A stretch of DNA of 60,431 nt, the filler included, from Dirinaria sp. TL-2023a (lineage: Eukaryota), in NCBI GenBank assembly GCA_051941275.1. It is 3 parts of 3 records of this genome, joined end to end, with 100 filler letters (N's around TTAATTAATTAA, not from the genome) between each part and the next. Parts side by side here need not be neighbours in the genome. Positions count along the whole stretch, not along the records: positions 1 to 20,115 come from JAVEBF010000299.1; 2 more parts are not named here. One strand, written 5' to 3'. The position numbers and the translations under genes are program-made. The notes below the pieces were generated by a model. It was not told the DNA's origin. It ran no database searches and worked only from the letters and a program-made list of their open reading frames with translations. Shown here piece by piece: positions 1 to 12,081 of the stretch (position 1 is its first letter; every line of letters starts with the position of its first letter).

Positions 1-7
1 TTTTTCT

Positions 8-49
<42 letters not shown>
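1..49. repeat. poly(T) tract
   Basis: Near-pure T run at the window start, downstream of MAK5. Confidence 0.9.
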
Positions 50-50
<1 letters not shown>

Positions 51-217
51 GTGCGATTGTAGCAAAGGCCCTGCTCTCGAGGAAAGTTTGTTATATATTC
101 AGAAGCGGGTAAGGAGGCATCTCCTTATGTCAGATCTGATAAGAATTGGCAGGATTGATGGGATACATAAAGCGAGAACGGGATTGATCGCTTCGCAGTC
201 ATGAGAGAGCTTTGTCG

Positions 218-2615
218 CTACAACATCTCCAGTACCGTATCTGCTTTCCCCAGGAACTCTCCCTTCTGTCCAGCGAGCAGCTCATCCACGTCCAGTCTGC
301 CTGCAGTCAAATACTTCTCACTAACGCCAACATTCACCCTCTTCGCTAGCATTTCCTTCAACTCCGCTCTCATCCGAGCCACATCTGCTTTACTCAAGTT
401 TCTCGCGGCCTTTTCCGTTTTCCGCCGTCCGGCTCCCCTCCCCTTCCTGCCGCTTTCATTAGCAGCGAACTCATCGCTGTCGTACTCGGCGCCGAGCTCG
501 TCTGCCGCCGTCTTGAGCCAATTATCCTCATGGCTTTTCTTTTCTTTCGCGAGTGAGGCGTCGGATATCATTTTAGAGAGTTTGACGCGTGGTTTCAATC
601 GGGCGACTACGCCGCGATCTAACTCGACGGTACGCATGAAGAACTTTTCTGAAGAGTGTTCTTGCTCAGCTGCGTTACGAGCATGGACCTTTGCCACCAA
701 GCGCCGGACGCCTTGCACCTCTTCTGGTGCACAGAGGAGGATGCTGGCACCGAATTTTTCGGCCCTAGCGGTTCGACCTGAGCGATGGACGTACATATCC
801 GCGGCGTGAGGGAGATGATAATGGACGACTAAGCCTACAGACGGAATATCCAAGCCCCTGGCAGCTACATCTGTGGCGATGAGGATCGAGCCGGGAGATG
901 ATTGGGATGAGAAACGCTCAATAGCTCGTAGTCGAGCTTTTTGAGGCATTTGTGAATGGAGAGCATGGACTTGTAAATTCAGGTTTTGAAGGAAAGGAGT
1001 CAGGCGACGGACGGAAGTTATGGAGTTGGTGAAGATCAGGGTACGCGTTTGAGGGTAAAGAAGGAGAAGTCCGTAAAGGTAGAGGTCCTGCAAATGTCAA
1101 ATTATGCTCATTGAATGGCCTTTTCCAATGGACGCCGCTTACTTTCTCAAGCCCAGCACATTCTACTATGCCCTCTTTCAATCCTGCCGCCATTTGCGAG
1201 ACTGGATTCACATCGATGAATTTTGGCGTTTCCTCTCGGAAATTGAGTTTCTGAAGAAGGTACTCCATCGACTCTTGTTTATCTATCGTCTCAGTCCTTG
1301 TACGCTTGCCCTTCCCTGCAAGCTTTTGTTGCAAATCCTTTTGGAAAGTCGCTGAAAAAACAAGTGTCTGGCGGGCTACCTCTGGCCGATCGGTCGTTGC
1401 GACATCGGTGGCTGCTAATTCATCTTGAACTTCTCTATCCAGAGAGTCAAGTATTTCCTCTACCTCCTTAAAATGTCCTTCACTTAGCAGCCGATCAGCC
1501 TCATCGAGAACTAGGAACTGGATTTTCTTCAGCCGATTTATCAACTGGCCACTGCCAGTGATGACTTCCCATAATCGACCAGGCGTTCCCACAATGATAT
1601 CTGCATTGACAAGTAGACGCTGCTGCTTATGTAAAGATAAACCGCCGGTCAAAGTCGCTATCCGAAGCTCTTCCGAGCTTGCATTGGTGCACAGATCTGT
1701 TAAATGAGCTGACAATTGATGCGCCAGTTCTCGAGTAGGTGATAAAATGAGCGCTATCGGAGGTCGTTGCGGCTCGTTGTTACCCTGCTTTACTTGGATG
1801 GGATTCTTTCTAGCGTTTTGTAGATAATGTTCAAGTATGGGTATACCGAACGCGAGGGTCTTTCCAGAGCCTGTAGAAGCTTTGCCAATGACGTCGTGTC
1901 CACCGAGGATATCTGGGATTGCGGCTATCTGGATTGGTGTAGGCGTAGTGAATTTCAGTCGGGACAGCGAGGACAACGTCATTGGAGACAATTCCAAAGA
2001 TTTCCAAGCAGACACATCTGCTTCTTCATCTGAAGCCTCTGTCCTTTCCAGTGCTTCAAAAGTGTTCCTACTGGCCCCCTGTCCATCTACAGTATGTGTA
2101 GCAGCAAGCCCTCCCTCCGGAGAGCCCGCGGCTGCTGTATCTCTTTGCTGCACCACTTTGATGGCTGGTTTCTGGGCCGTTTCCCTCGATGCAAATGGCC
2201 GTGCAGCTCCTTCATCTGAACTCTCAATACCAGCCCATTCTTCGTCCTCGTCTGTTTTTGTACAGTTTTCTGTCGAAACCGGCTGTTCAATGGGTGGCTT
2301 TACGGTCTCATTCTCCGAAGAGATCTGCTATTCTCAGCCGCAAACTCTTCTGCTATAGGTGCACGGGAAATCCTCACCTACCCTACATGCGACTTTTCCA
2401 GTTTCCGACTCTTTCACTATATCTACGTCATCCACCTCTTCAAGACCATAGAAGCCTTCTGCATCGTCAAGTCTGTCTGGTAGCGGCACTTCCTTCCAGG
2501 CCAATGAATCCAAGGAAACAACTTTTGAGGCGGGCTTTGCTGGATGGATACGTTGTCGCTTCTTGATTTTGAACTCATCACGGCTGCGAGTCCTTTTGCC
2601 GATGATCGGTGCCAT
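218..2615 (-). CDS. MAK5: ATP-dependent DEAD-box RNA helicase MAK5 (60S biogenesis), 3 exons
   Basis: Motifs PTPIQ, ASTGSGKT, SPTRELA, GTPGRL, LDEAD, FSAT, ATDVAARGLDI and HRSGRTAR; MAK5-type N-terminus 'LAWKEVPLPDRLDDAEGFYGLEEV' and C-terminal 'WLKTAADELG'. Introns at ~2325-2381 and ~1089-1142 join ORFs 2334-2615, 918-2156 and 218-1093. Confidence 0.93.
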
Positions 2616-2793
2616 TGGTTTGCTGGTCGCTCAGTGCTATGAACAAAACAGTTGGGCTCGTAGAGTGCTCTCGAGTGACCGGATGTTGATGCCAAGCCGG
2701 TAGGGCTGAGTTGGCCGCATTTTCCTTCGACCCCTCAGACCTCTTCCTTCTCAAGCTCGTCAAGTCTTCTCGAGAATCCACCATCTTAATTCG

Positions 2794-3915
2794 ATGGGCA
2801 AATCGTCCAAGGATAAGCGCGACGCCTATTATCGCCTTGCCAAAGAGCAAGGCTGGCGTGCTCGCTCCGCCTTCAAGCTCATCCAGCTCGATGAGCAATT
2901 CGATCTATTCGCCGGCGTAACACGCGTTGTAGACCTCTGCGCCGCGCCGGGAAGCTGGAGTCAAGTTCTCTCTCGCATCCTCATCAAGGGGGAAAGTTTC
3001 GGTCGAAGGGCATGGGAAGAAAGGCAAAGGCGAGAGGCCAAAATAATCGCTGGTGAGGCGCCTGTTGAAGGAGAGCAGGATGAGTCCAAGTTACTCAAGC
3101 CACGGCATGGGGTGAAGATCGTAGCTGTCGATCTTCAACCCATAGCGGCGTTAGAGGGGATTACGACGCTAAAGGGCGATATCACCAGCTCGGCTACGAT
3201 TCCGAAGATACTGCAGGCTTTAGACCCAGATACCTACGAACTTGATTCTACGGACGGAAGTCATCCGGTAGATCTTGTTATCAGTGATGGAGCGCCAGAT
3301 GTAACAGGGTTGCATGATCTCGATATCTACGTGCAGGCGCAGCTACTGTATGCAGCTCTAAACCTAACTTTGAGGGTGCTGAAGCCGGGTGGGAAGTTTG
3401 TGGCCAAAATCTTCCGAGCTAAGGATGTAGACCTCATATACGCGCAATTGAGATGCTTCTTCGAAATTGTACATTGTGCGAAGCCAAGGAGTTCCCGAGC
3501 TAGCAGCCTCGAAGCCTTTGTTGTGTGTGAAGGCTTCAACATGCCAAAGGGCTACAAGGTTGATCCTGAGAAACCTTTGGGATTGGGCGCTCAAATTCCA
3601 CTCAGGAGTCAAGCTGCCAAAACAAAGGACAAAGAAGGCTTCATAGACCGACAGAGACGTACTGTGCGCGAAGACGGTGTCACGGTTCTCGAGTTCGAAT
3701 CAGACGAAGAGGATGATAATCGGTGGATTGCACCTTTTGTCGCTTGCGGTGATCTTTCAGCTTTCGATGCCGATGCAACGTACCATTTACCCAAGGACAG
3801 GGTTAGCCTCGATCCAGTACAGCCTCCAACGGCGCCACCCTACAAACGGGCACTGGAGTTGCGAAGGCAGCAGGGAGGTCTATATGGCAAGACAGGCAAA
3901 GCTCCTGCGCATTGA
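2794..3915 (+). CDS. TRM7: tRNA (cytidine32/guanosine34-2'-O)-methyltransferase, FtsJ family
   Basis: [64 protein letters not shown] and VQPPTAPPY are diagnostic; single exon. Confidence 0.95.
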   Translation: MGKSSKDKRDAYYRLAKEQGWRARSAFKLIQLDEQFDLFAGVTRVVDLCAAPGSWSQVLSRILIKGESFGRRAWEERQRREAKIIAGEAPVEGEQDESKLLKPRHGVKIVAVDLQPIAALEGITTLKGDITSSATIPKILQALDPDTYELDSTDGSHPVDLVISDGAPDVTGLHDLDIYVQAQLLYAALNLTLRVLKPGGKFVAKIFRAKDVDLIYAQLRCFFEIVHCAKPRSSRASSLEAFVVCEGFNMPKGYKVDPEKPLGLGAQIPLRSQAAKTKDKEGFIDRQRRTVREDGVTVLEFESDEEDDNRWIAPFVACGDLSAFDADATYHLPKDRVSLDPVQPPTAPPYKRALELRRQQGGLYGKTGKAPAH

Positions 3916-4481
3916 AGCATGCCATCTTGGTACAAAACAACATCAAGCTTATTAGCTCGCTGACCTAGCTAAAGTGCGTCATCACTAGCCACATGACAGT
4001 ATACGCATAATCCCACAGCAGTAGCCTAACTGGAGCTGATGGAGAGAATTCGCCATCTGCGAAGAAATTGCCAGACCCGAGCCTATCCAATGCCTTGGAA
4101 AGACTGCGTGCTAGTATTCCTTGACTGACCTGGCGGCGTATTGATCCCTGACCGTCATCGCTCTTTCGATGCTCTCAACAGGGTCAATACAGCTCTAAAA
4201 GCTTGTCGAATTGACGAGAGTTCTGCGTGGATGATCAGTCCGCCTTCTGTCGCTGAAACATTTTGTCATGAGGTGCTGGTGTGCTCGAAATCAGCACCCT
4301 GCATGGGATACACAATATTAAATCCTTCGAAGACCCAAAAAAGGTTGAAGCATTCACACAGTGTTGAGCCAACAAATCAGCTAGATTGGAAGAATACTGA
4401 TGTAGGTATGTAATATTCCATCAAACAAACTCTACAAAATGCGACTATAGCTTACGCAAGCAACTTTAGCAGATGTCGATT

Positions 4482-4898
4482 CTAGAAAGCCGTAAGGCAT
4501 GTCGTCGTCCAGCTAAGTAGGTAGGTACCACCACACGATACCGATGAACAGGAGCGCATCCAACGCTCGAAGTCAGCCAATAGTACGGTATCAAAACGAG
4601 GAATAAGACCGCGGAGCCAGTTCGATCTATCGAACCTCTCAGAATATCTAGATAACCTACTAGACTTAAACATCCTATCCACTTTTATCACATCAATCGT
4701 CTCATCGCCAAAAAAATGTCTACAGTTCCATGTTATCCTCCGACTCCAAACACCACAAATAGCCAGATATTCAATGTGCGGCTCGCAATATCGAGTCCAC
4801 CTTGCTTCAGCGGCGTTCCGTTTCCAGGAAACGATGTATCTATCTATCGTTGCATTTCTACTATACCTTAGCATATCGAAGAGCTTCTCGCCCCTCAT
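4482..4898 (-). other. possible orphan or decayed coding segment
   Basis: 138-codon ORF with nearby splice-like signals (TTTTGCAG at ~4943) but no recognisable domain. Confidence 0.2.
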
Positions 4899-5289
4899 TT
4901 GAAGTCTCGTAATTTCAATGCTCGTTCTCTAGAGAGATCCCCTGCAAAAAAAAAAACCCTCAACCAACACCCTTAACTAACAACAATTAAATTCCTACTT
5001 TACATCCGCCGCATCAAACCAACTATCAATCCCAAACCATCCCCCCATTCCTCCACCCTTCTACTAAATCCCCCCAAAAACAGCTTCCGAAAACCAATCA
5101 GCCACTACTAACCAGATCAGGGTTGATAAACACTTCTAACCACACTACTCTTCCCCCTCTTCTTACATCCATAAATAAATACATCCCATCCCGAAAACGC
5201 GAGCTATTAATTAATAAGCAGTGAGACATTAAATTCGGGGGATTTATATATCGGTTCTCCATACATTTATGATAAGTTTGGTTAATAAA

Positions 5290-5320
5290 AGAAGGAAGAA
5301 GAAGAAGAAGAAGAAGAAAA
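5290..5320. repeat. (GAA)n microsatellite
   Basis: About 8 GAA units in AT-rich intergenic DNA. Confidence 0.85.
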
Positions 5321-6095
5321 AGAGGAGGGTGTTGTAAGGCGGTTCCTTTTCAGATCTAAAATCTTAGTAGTTTAGAAGTTCATGAAGCTGATACATTCTA
5401 AAATATCCTTCTCCCAAAAAAAGGGGGCAAGTTTTCATAATCGAGATCGCGTACTAATCTCAAATTCTCATTTTCCTTGCGCAATATCTGATTCTGGCTC
5501 CTCTCTCAAAAACCCAAAAGAATAACAAAAAAAGGGGGCAGGTCGGTTTTGGGGCTAACATCATGTATGTACTTGGGTTTTTGGGGCTCTGTAGCCGGTT
5601 ACTAGAATCACAGAAATTCCTTTCTATTCATCACTAAGAGCGGCGTCGGAAGGGGTTATTTTCCCTTTTCAGGAAGATAAGAAACTCTTGACACTGCTTT
5701 TTTCTTTCTTTCTTTTTCTATATATTGAGACAGGAAAGTAGTTTGAGGACTTAACAAAGATAAAATCCACGAGCAATTTTTAGTTATCGAGATGTCGATT
5801 ACCCCTTTACCGCGTATCACAGGTATTTGTGAGGCATTTCCCAGAACTTGATGCTTCTTTTACTTGACGTTTTTCGATACTGAGTTTGACCATTAAGTGG
5901 TTTTGGTTGGGCAGAGAAAGCTTTGAGGTCGCTCAAGCGACCACGTGCCTGCCGAGCGTCAAGCTACGAGGTGTCTCGTCTTTGAATGAGATGTTGGGAG
6001 TAGACTTGGCATGCTGTCATGTCAGAGAAGACTTGCGGGCCAGCCAAAAGTTCCGCTGCAGCACACGGAGGTGACTCGTCCTTGTAGGGAGGTCG

Positions 6096-7600
6096 TTATA
6101 GCCCATCTCTGCCTCTTTGAAATTGTTCCACGTCGTATTCTTCAGGGTATTTGTCCAAGATCCGTCCTAATTGGTCCATCTGTTCTTTCTGTTCCTGCGT
6201 CAGCTCTTCGTAGATGTCGGTAAACATCTCCCTCAAAGGAGGCTTCTTCTCCTTCTCTGCCTCGGAGATGGCTTGCAGAACCTCCTTCCTGATCGAGCTC
6301 CTGGCGTCCTTCTCCTGTTCCTCGTCCCAGATCCCTTTTCGTTCCATCCATTTCCTCAGCCTGGTGATGGGGTTATCTCGGCGCTTCCAATCTTCTACTT
6401 CGACACGAGCACGGTAGGCAAAGCTATCGTCGCTCGTGCTGTGGTGCGACACACGGTAGCTCATGGCTTCAATCAAGATTGGCTTTCCGCCATCTTCAAG
6501 AGCCATTCGTCGTGCCTTGGCAGTGACTTCACGGACTGCAAAGATATCGTTGCCATCCACACGGATAGTGTCGATGCCGTAGCCAATACCACGACTTGCA
6601 ATACCATCACCACGGTATTGCTCAAGCGTAGGCGTCGAAATAGCAAAGCCGTTATTCCGGCAGATGAAGACAATTGGGCAAGAGCGCGTAGCAGCAATAT
6701 TGAGGGCAGCGTGGAAGTCACCTTCACTCGCCGCTCCCTCGCCAAAATAACAGGCCACGATCCGTGGTTCTACGTTGGGGTTCTGCAATGATTGCATCTT
6801 CAGGGCGTAAGCGGCACCGGCAGCATGCGGGATCTGCGTTGCAAGCGGCGATGAAATGGTATGGATATTGAGCTTGCTACTGCCATAGTGAACAGGCATG
6901 TTGCGCCCTTTGCCATTGTCTTTCCAATTAACGAAAAGCTGATTCATGAACTCAGCGAGAGTGAAGCCACGCTGTTGAAAGACGCCTGTCTCGCGATATT
7001 GGGCAAATATAACGTCCGAGGGGAGCAGAGCAGAGGCGGAACCGACAGCTATACCTTCTTCGCCAGCGGAGACCTAGCTGATATTAGCCTATGTGTAGTA
7101 CACCACAGGCTGAATGGGCGCATACCATATAGAAGCTTAGCCGACCTTGACGTTGTGCATCGAACATTATGAGGTCCATTATGCTGACTACTCGATCAGC
7201 CAGCTCTCTCTCATGAGCATTCTATCGTCCAATTCCATACCTGTTAACATGTTCTTATACCAAGTCAAAACCTCCTGGTCCCTAACGTCCGGTGGGTCTC
7301 GGTCCTTGTCGACAATGGCTCCATCAGAATCCATGAATCGGTAAGTAGGGATGGCTAGGTGGGTTGATGGCCGCTCGAAGGACATGTTCGTCGTAAATTT
7401 GCTGTTGACCGCGCCTGGGAAATGGACGCTTGTGCGGTCAATTTTCTGCTAACCGCCAGATATTGCACGAAAACTCACTGATCTGAGCCAGGGCGCTGTG
7501 ACACGGAATTCCATCGAACCCCAGGACGGAGCCATCTGGAGGGTTTGAAACGGCATGTAAAGCTAGTGCCGAGCAAGCGTCGAGCTGGAGCTCTCAGCAT
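6096..7600 (-). CDS. 2-oxoisovalerate dehydrogenase (BCKDH) E1 alpha subunit, mitochondrial, ~4 exons
   Basis: GRNMPVHYGS, ISSPLATQIPHAAG, TPP-binding YFGEGAASEGDFHAALN and SYRVSHHSTSDDS. Arg-rich presequence MLRAPARRLLGTSF from ATG 7600. Introns near 7430-7479, 7181-7241 and 7075-7127. Confidence 0.93.
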
Positions 7601-7900
7601 GGTTCAATGGACGAATTATAACTAGCGTGAAAAGAATCGCACATCATAGGGAGGGTAGTCGAAAAAAGCATGAAGATCCAAGATATAGTAGATATTCTTA
7701 CACTCATACAGTACCTCCGCAAGTGAATGTCGAAACAGCCTGCCGCTTACCATCGGTTCCTGCGGAGTGCTCGGAGCCTCGGTACCCCTTGGGAGCAATT
7801 AAGTGGATCGCCGCATAGCGGGCACTAAGCCCTAGCCGCCCTCTAAAGCGTTCCTTGGACCTTTTATTGAACTGCAGGAACCTTCGAGCTCTATGTATAT

Positions 7901-8915
7901 ATGACAATGGCACCACCAAATATATGGCGGAGCTGGCCCAGACTCGTTAGGAGACAAGCTCCCCAACAGCATCCACGTCGACACTATACATGCTCCACCA
8001 GACTCAGTCAACAACAAACTCAGCAGAATCCTCAAGATGAGCGAACCACGCACTTCGGCTTCGAGACAGTCGACGAGTCCCAGAAAGCGTCCAGAGGTTA
8101 GAATACAGTCCCATGCGGCCGCTCAAAGCTCAGTATGTATGACTGATACACTACGCAAAGTCGGCGCCGTCTTCTCCTCCGTTGCGCCCTCCTACGATAC
8201 CATGAACGACCTAATGTCTCTCGGCATCCACCGCCTGTGGAAAGACACCTTCGTCCGCTCCCTCTCCCCCGGCTCCTCCACGCAACCGCAACGGATCCTC
8301 GACATCGCAGGCGGGACCGCGGATATTGCTCTGCGCCTGCTGGACCACGCGATCCTCATAAAGCAGGATACGCAATCCCACGTCATCGTCAGCGACATCA
8401 ACCCGGCGATGCTGTCCGAAGGCAAACGTCGCGTCGCTGCAACTCCGTACGCAAACAGTGATAGGATCAGCTGGCTGGAAGCGAACGCCGAGGATTTGGC
8501 CTCTGCCGGGGTAGAAGATCAGAGCATCGACCTCTATACTGTTGCCTTCGGCATCCGGAACTTCACATCCATCTCTACGACCTTGAGTGAGGCGTATCGC
8601 GTGCTCAAACCGGGGGGAGTGTTTGCCTGCTTGGAGTTTGCGAAAGTCAATAACCCGCTCCTCAACGCCGTTTATAAACGGTGGAGTTTTGGGGCGATAC
8701 CTTTGATAGGGCAGTTGGTGGCGGGGGACCGGGACAGTTATCAATACTTGGTGGAGAGCATCGAGCGGTTCCCGAGCCAGAGGAAGTTCTCCAACATGAT
8801 TCATAAGGCGGGGTTTCTGATTCCGGGCATGGGGAAAGAGGTGGAGGGGAAGGGCTGGGAGGATTTGACAGGGGGGATTGTCAGTATTCACAAGGGCGTT
8901 AAGCCTGTGAGGTGA
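7901..8915 (+). CDS. COQ5: 2-methoxy-6-polyprenyl-1,4-benzoquinol methylase (UbiE/COQ5), mitochondrial
   Basis: TTHFGFETV, then an intron ~8098-8160, then VFSSVAPSYDTMNDLMSLGIHRLWK, LDIAGGTADIA, YTVAFGIRN and YQYLVESIERFP. Confidence 0.93.
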
Positions 8916-9207
8916 GGTGCTGGGCGTAGAACGCAATGCTTAGATGCGCTCAGTGTGCAGCGCTCTCCAGGTATGCAGCACGCTTATGAAAGCCATATGT
9001 AAAAGACCCTGTATCCCTCCGACGCCTAACTCATTTCGTAATTCGTGGGCTGGATTAGTGAAGGGGTATAAAAAACAAACAGCATTATTGAATCCACTGC
9101 CAGGCCGTATCTAATCCTAGGGGTATCTCATCACAGGAGAGAGGTAGGTAAACCAGCCAATCTCGACCTCTTGCACCGGAACCCCGTCCCCAAAACCCTC
9201 TACACCC

Positions 9208-9365
9208 TCAACTCCTCTTCTTCGTGATCCCCCCAGGCTGCCTCTTCTGCACGTACGCGGTGTAGCCGACATAGGCCGCAATCAGGACCCCGATAATGAC
9301 GATGTTACCTGTTTGAACAAAAACCTGTCAGCCGAATCCAAAAGCTCCAAGAAAACAACCCAAAA

Positions 9366-9403
<38 letters not shown>

Positions 9404-9602
9404 GAAGAAGAAAAAGGAAAAGAAAAAACTCACTAAGCAAAAAATTCAGCAACCCGCCCGCCATCGCCACAACCGAAGACACAAAATTCTGAACGGTAGC
9501 GAGAGCGGCTCCGAAGACGTGGAAGATGGAGGCGAAGATCCCTTCGATGGTGGAGAGGAGGGAGGAGACGAGCGAGGTGAGGGAGTCGATTACGCCGGCC
9601 AT
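9208..9602 (-). CDS. small (~90 aa) hydrophobic membrane protein, 2 exons
   Basis: MAGVIDSLTSLV...GLLNFLL, intron ~9309-9433 (GTGAG...CTGAC...CAG, pyrimidine-rich), then NIVIIGVLIAAYVGYTAYVQKRQPGGITKKRS*. Confidence 0.75.
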
Positions 9603-10513
9603 TGTTTTTCTTCCTCTCTTTTTCTTCTTTTGTTTTTGTTTTTGTTTTTTTTTTTTTTTCCCCGTTTGTTTTCCTGGCTTTTCCTGGCTTACTTTGGATT
9701 CAAGGTAGTGAAGACTGTGGGTGTAGAGTTTCCCTTGTGAGAGAGAGAGAGAAGGGTTGAATGAAGTTCAGGCAAAGGGGTAGGTAATCTACCGTAGGTA
9801 AAGTTGATTGACTTTGAGGTTGTTTGCTACCTTACTTTCTGAAGGGGATACCTTAGGTATGGCAAAGTTTTTCCAAGCTTTCCTGCCTTCTGCGTGCTCG
9901 CGGAAAATATGACGTAGCGATCGCCCGTAGCCCTGTTCCTGACGCCAAGACGAGACGGCGCGCCGTTTTTTCCCCTCTTCCCCCATATCTCTAAATTCTC
10001 CGAATCACGATGTCCCTAGAAACCATGGAAACCCTAGGTAAGGTACCTAGTCCCTGGATGACGTGCTTTATCAGAACGAGGAATTTTAAGGTATGTAGGG
10101 GTAAAGTAAGGTCATGTAAGGTAAAGCAGCATACATATCCATTGACAGGTATTTCCTTGCGTCAGGGAGTGTCATTGTTGGCTTCTTGCTATGTTTCTAC
10201 CTAAGGTAAGTAGGCAATGCGCGAATTGCCCGATACCTTCTTCCACTTTGTGTTATCTGAAATTGTAAGTATGTGGGGTGAGTTTTGGACTGTCATGACT
10301 TCTTCATACCGCTTTTCGACGAAGCGCCAGACTCAGGCGACTTTTGTTGGATAGTGCTAAAAGTAGTTCTTGCAATCTAATCGTTCCTATATACTTCGCG
10401 CGTTATGCACATGAAAGGCTTATTTCACAACAGAGCAAAAAACAAAAATAAGTAATACGCCCGCTCGCTCGTTCCGGTCGTGAATGCGGAAGCCGGGTGC
10501 CTCCACCATGTGG

Positions 10514-12081
10514 TCACCTGTTCCACCCGTCTGACGCTGGAGTTCCTGCGTCGAGCGTGATGTCGTCGAGACTAAATGGCGTTCCCCATAATGGGTCGTT
10601 TTCGTCAGTCGGGGTTGGCAATGACAATTCTCCCATGGCTTGCGTAGGAGGCAGCTCAGTCTTAGCCATCTTGGGATGCGCAAGCTTCTGGGCATCCTGG
10701 ACGGTGATGCCGTGCTTGGTAAACATCTCGGGATCCGAAGGCCGGGCCAGGCTATTGGGGCCTTCGTAGCTGAGTGGAGATTCGGTGGCTCTCCTCGCAT
10801 TTGCCAGGAATGTGTCGATATCGACATCCTCCACGTTTCCGTTTGGGCGAGCAGAGAATTGCGGTATGCTGCTGTATGAAGAGGCTGCACTGAGCCGGTA
10901 AGGATTGATCCCATTGTCTGATGGCGTTGAGACAGCGGGTTGCTGGTTTATGATAGATTGTGGTACGTAGTCGCCGATATCTGAGATATCGTCTGATGAG
11001 GATGTAGTAAGACCTGGTTGGCCGATATTGCTGTGGTCAAAGCTGGCGTAAGATGGAGGCTCGCTGCAAGCCGCTGATATGGCGCTCTCTTGGAGTGGGA
11101 GATCAAAAGTTGACCAGTCAACGGGCCCCATTGTAAGACCCGCCGAAGCCAATGCTCTTTCATCCGGCGCGGTATAAATTGGGTCAAAGCTCCCAGAAAC
11201 TCGGTAGTTGGACTTGTCACGAAGAGGTGACGAAGTCTCCGGGAGATTGTTGAATGCTGAATAGGGGAGATCGAGTGGTGGTAGATCTCCATTGGACTCG
11301 CTGTAGCGCAGGGCATTTGGCTCTGGAGAGCCGTGCTCGGACCTGACCCGCCGTACCTCTTGTTGCGCACCAATTATAGAGTCTTGAAGTGGTGAATGTG
11401 ATGCTTCAATCCTTTGAGGAAGAGGCAGGCTGTCCACAGACTTATGCGCAAGGTCTGAGTTGCCACTGATGCTGTGAGGAATCGGTATCTTATAAGGCAC
11501 GCCTGAGTCATGCGCTGCATGATTATGCTTGTGGACGGGCTTGTGATGATGGTTCTTGAAGACGGTGAGAGGGTCGGAGTGAGAGCTCGTGAGCGTTGGT
11601 TTGCGAGAGAGTTTTTGAGTGGGTGACGGGTGGTTAAGAACATCGTGTTCCAGCACAGGATCGCAGTGTTCTTTCTTCAGTGCGCACGTGCATGGAAGGC
11701 CATGAGTGCAGGAGCAAGTAGGTGCATTCGAGCCTGCGGCCTGTGGTGGCTGTTGAGCCGTATTATCACGAGGGTCATTGGCTCTTGGTGCAGGAGGTTG
11801 GTTCTCATCTCTTGCACGGGGCCTTTCCCCACATTCGCACTTGACATGGGACGCACGAGCTCGGCGTAGGCCTCTGCAGTGAGGGCATTGGGACACTGGA
11901 CGGCCCTTCTTGTTGATGTGTGAGAGCTTACGTTCTGTCCTTTACTTAGCAATCGAGTTTTGGTGCAGAGGATTAGATCCTTGTGTCGGACACTTGTCAA
12001 CTTACCTGTATGTTGGCAATTGCTGACTCGGTGACCCCTTACACAAGCATCGCAGGCGTATTTCTCGCCGTCGATGATCAT
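10514..12081 (-). CDS. copper-fist transcription factor (AceA/Crf1/Ace1-like), 2 exons
   Basis: MIIDGEKYACDACVRGHRVSNCQH, intron ~11939-12006, then HINKKGRPVSQCPHCR...HVKCECG. Second Cys cluster CSCTHGLPCTC and His-rich HHHKPVHKHNHAAH. Confidence 0.9.

Noticed and set aside
8211..8936. Long antisense ORFs (also 201-809, 6171-6791, 18968-19672, 34424-35227)
   Set aside because: Shadow frames of real genes on the opposite strand, with no domains.
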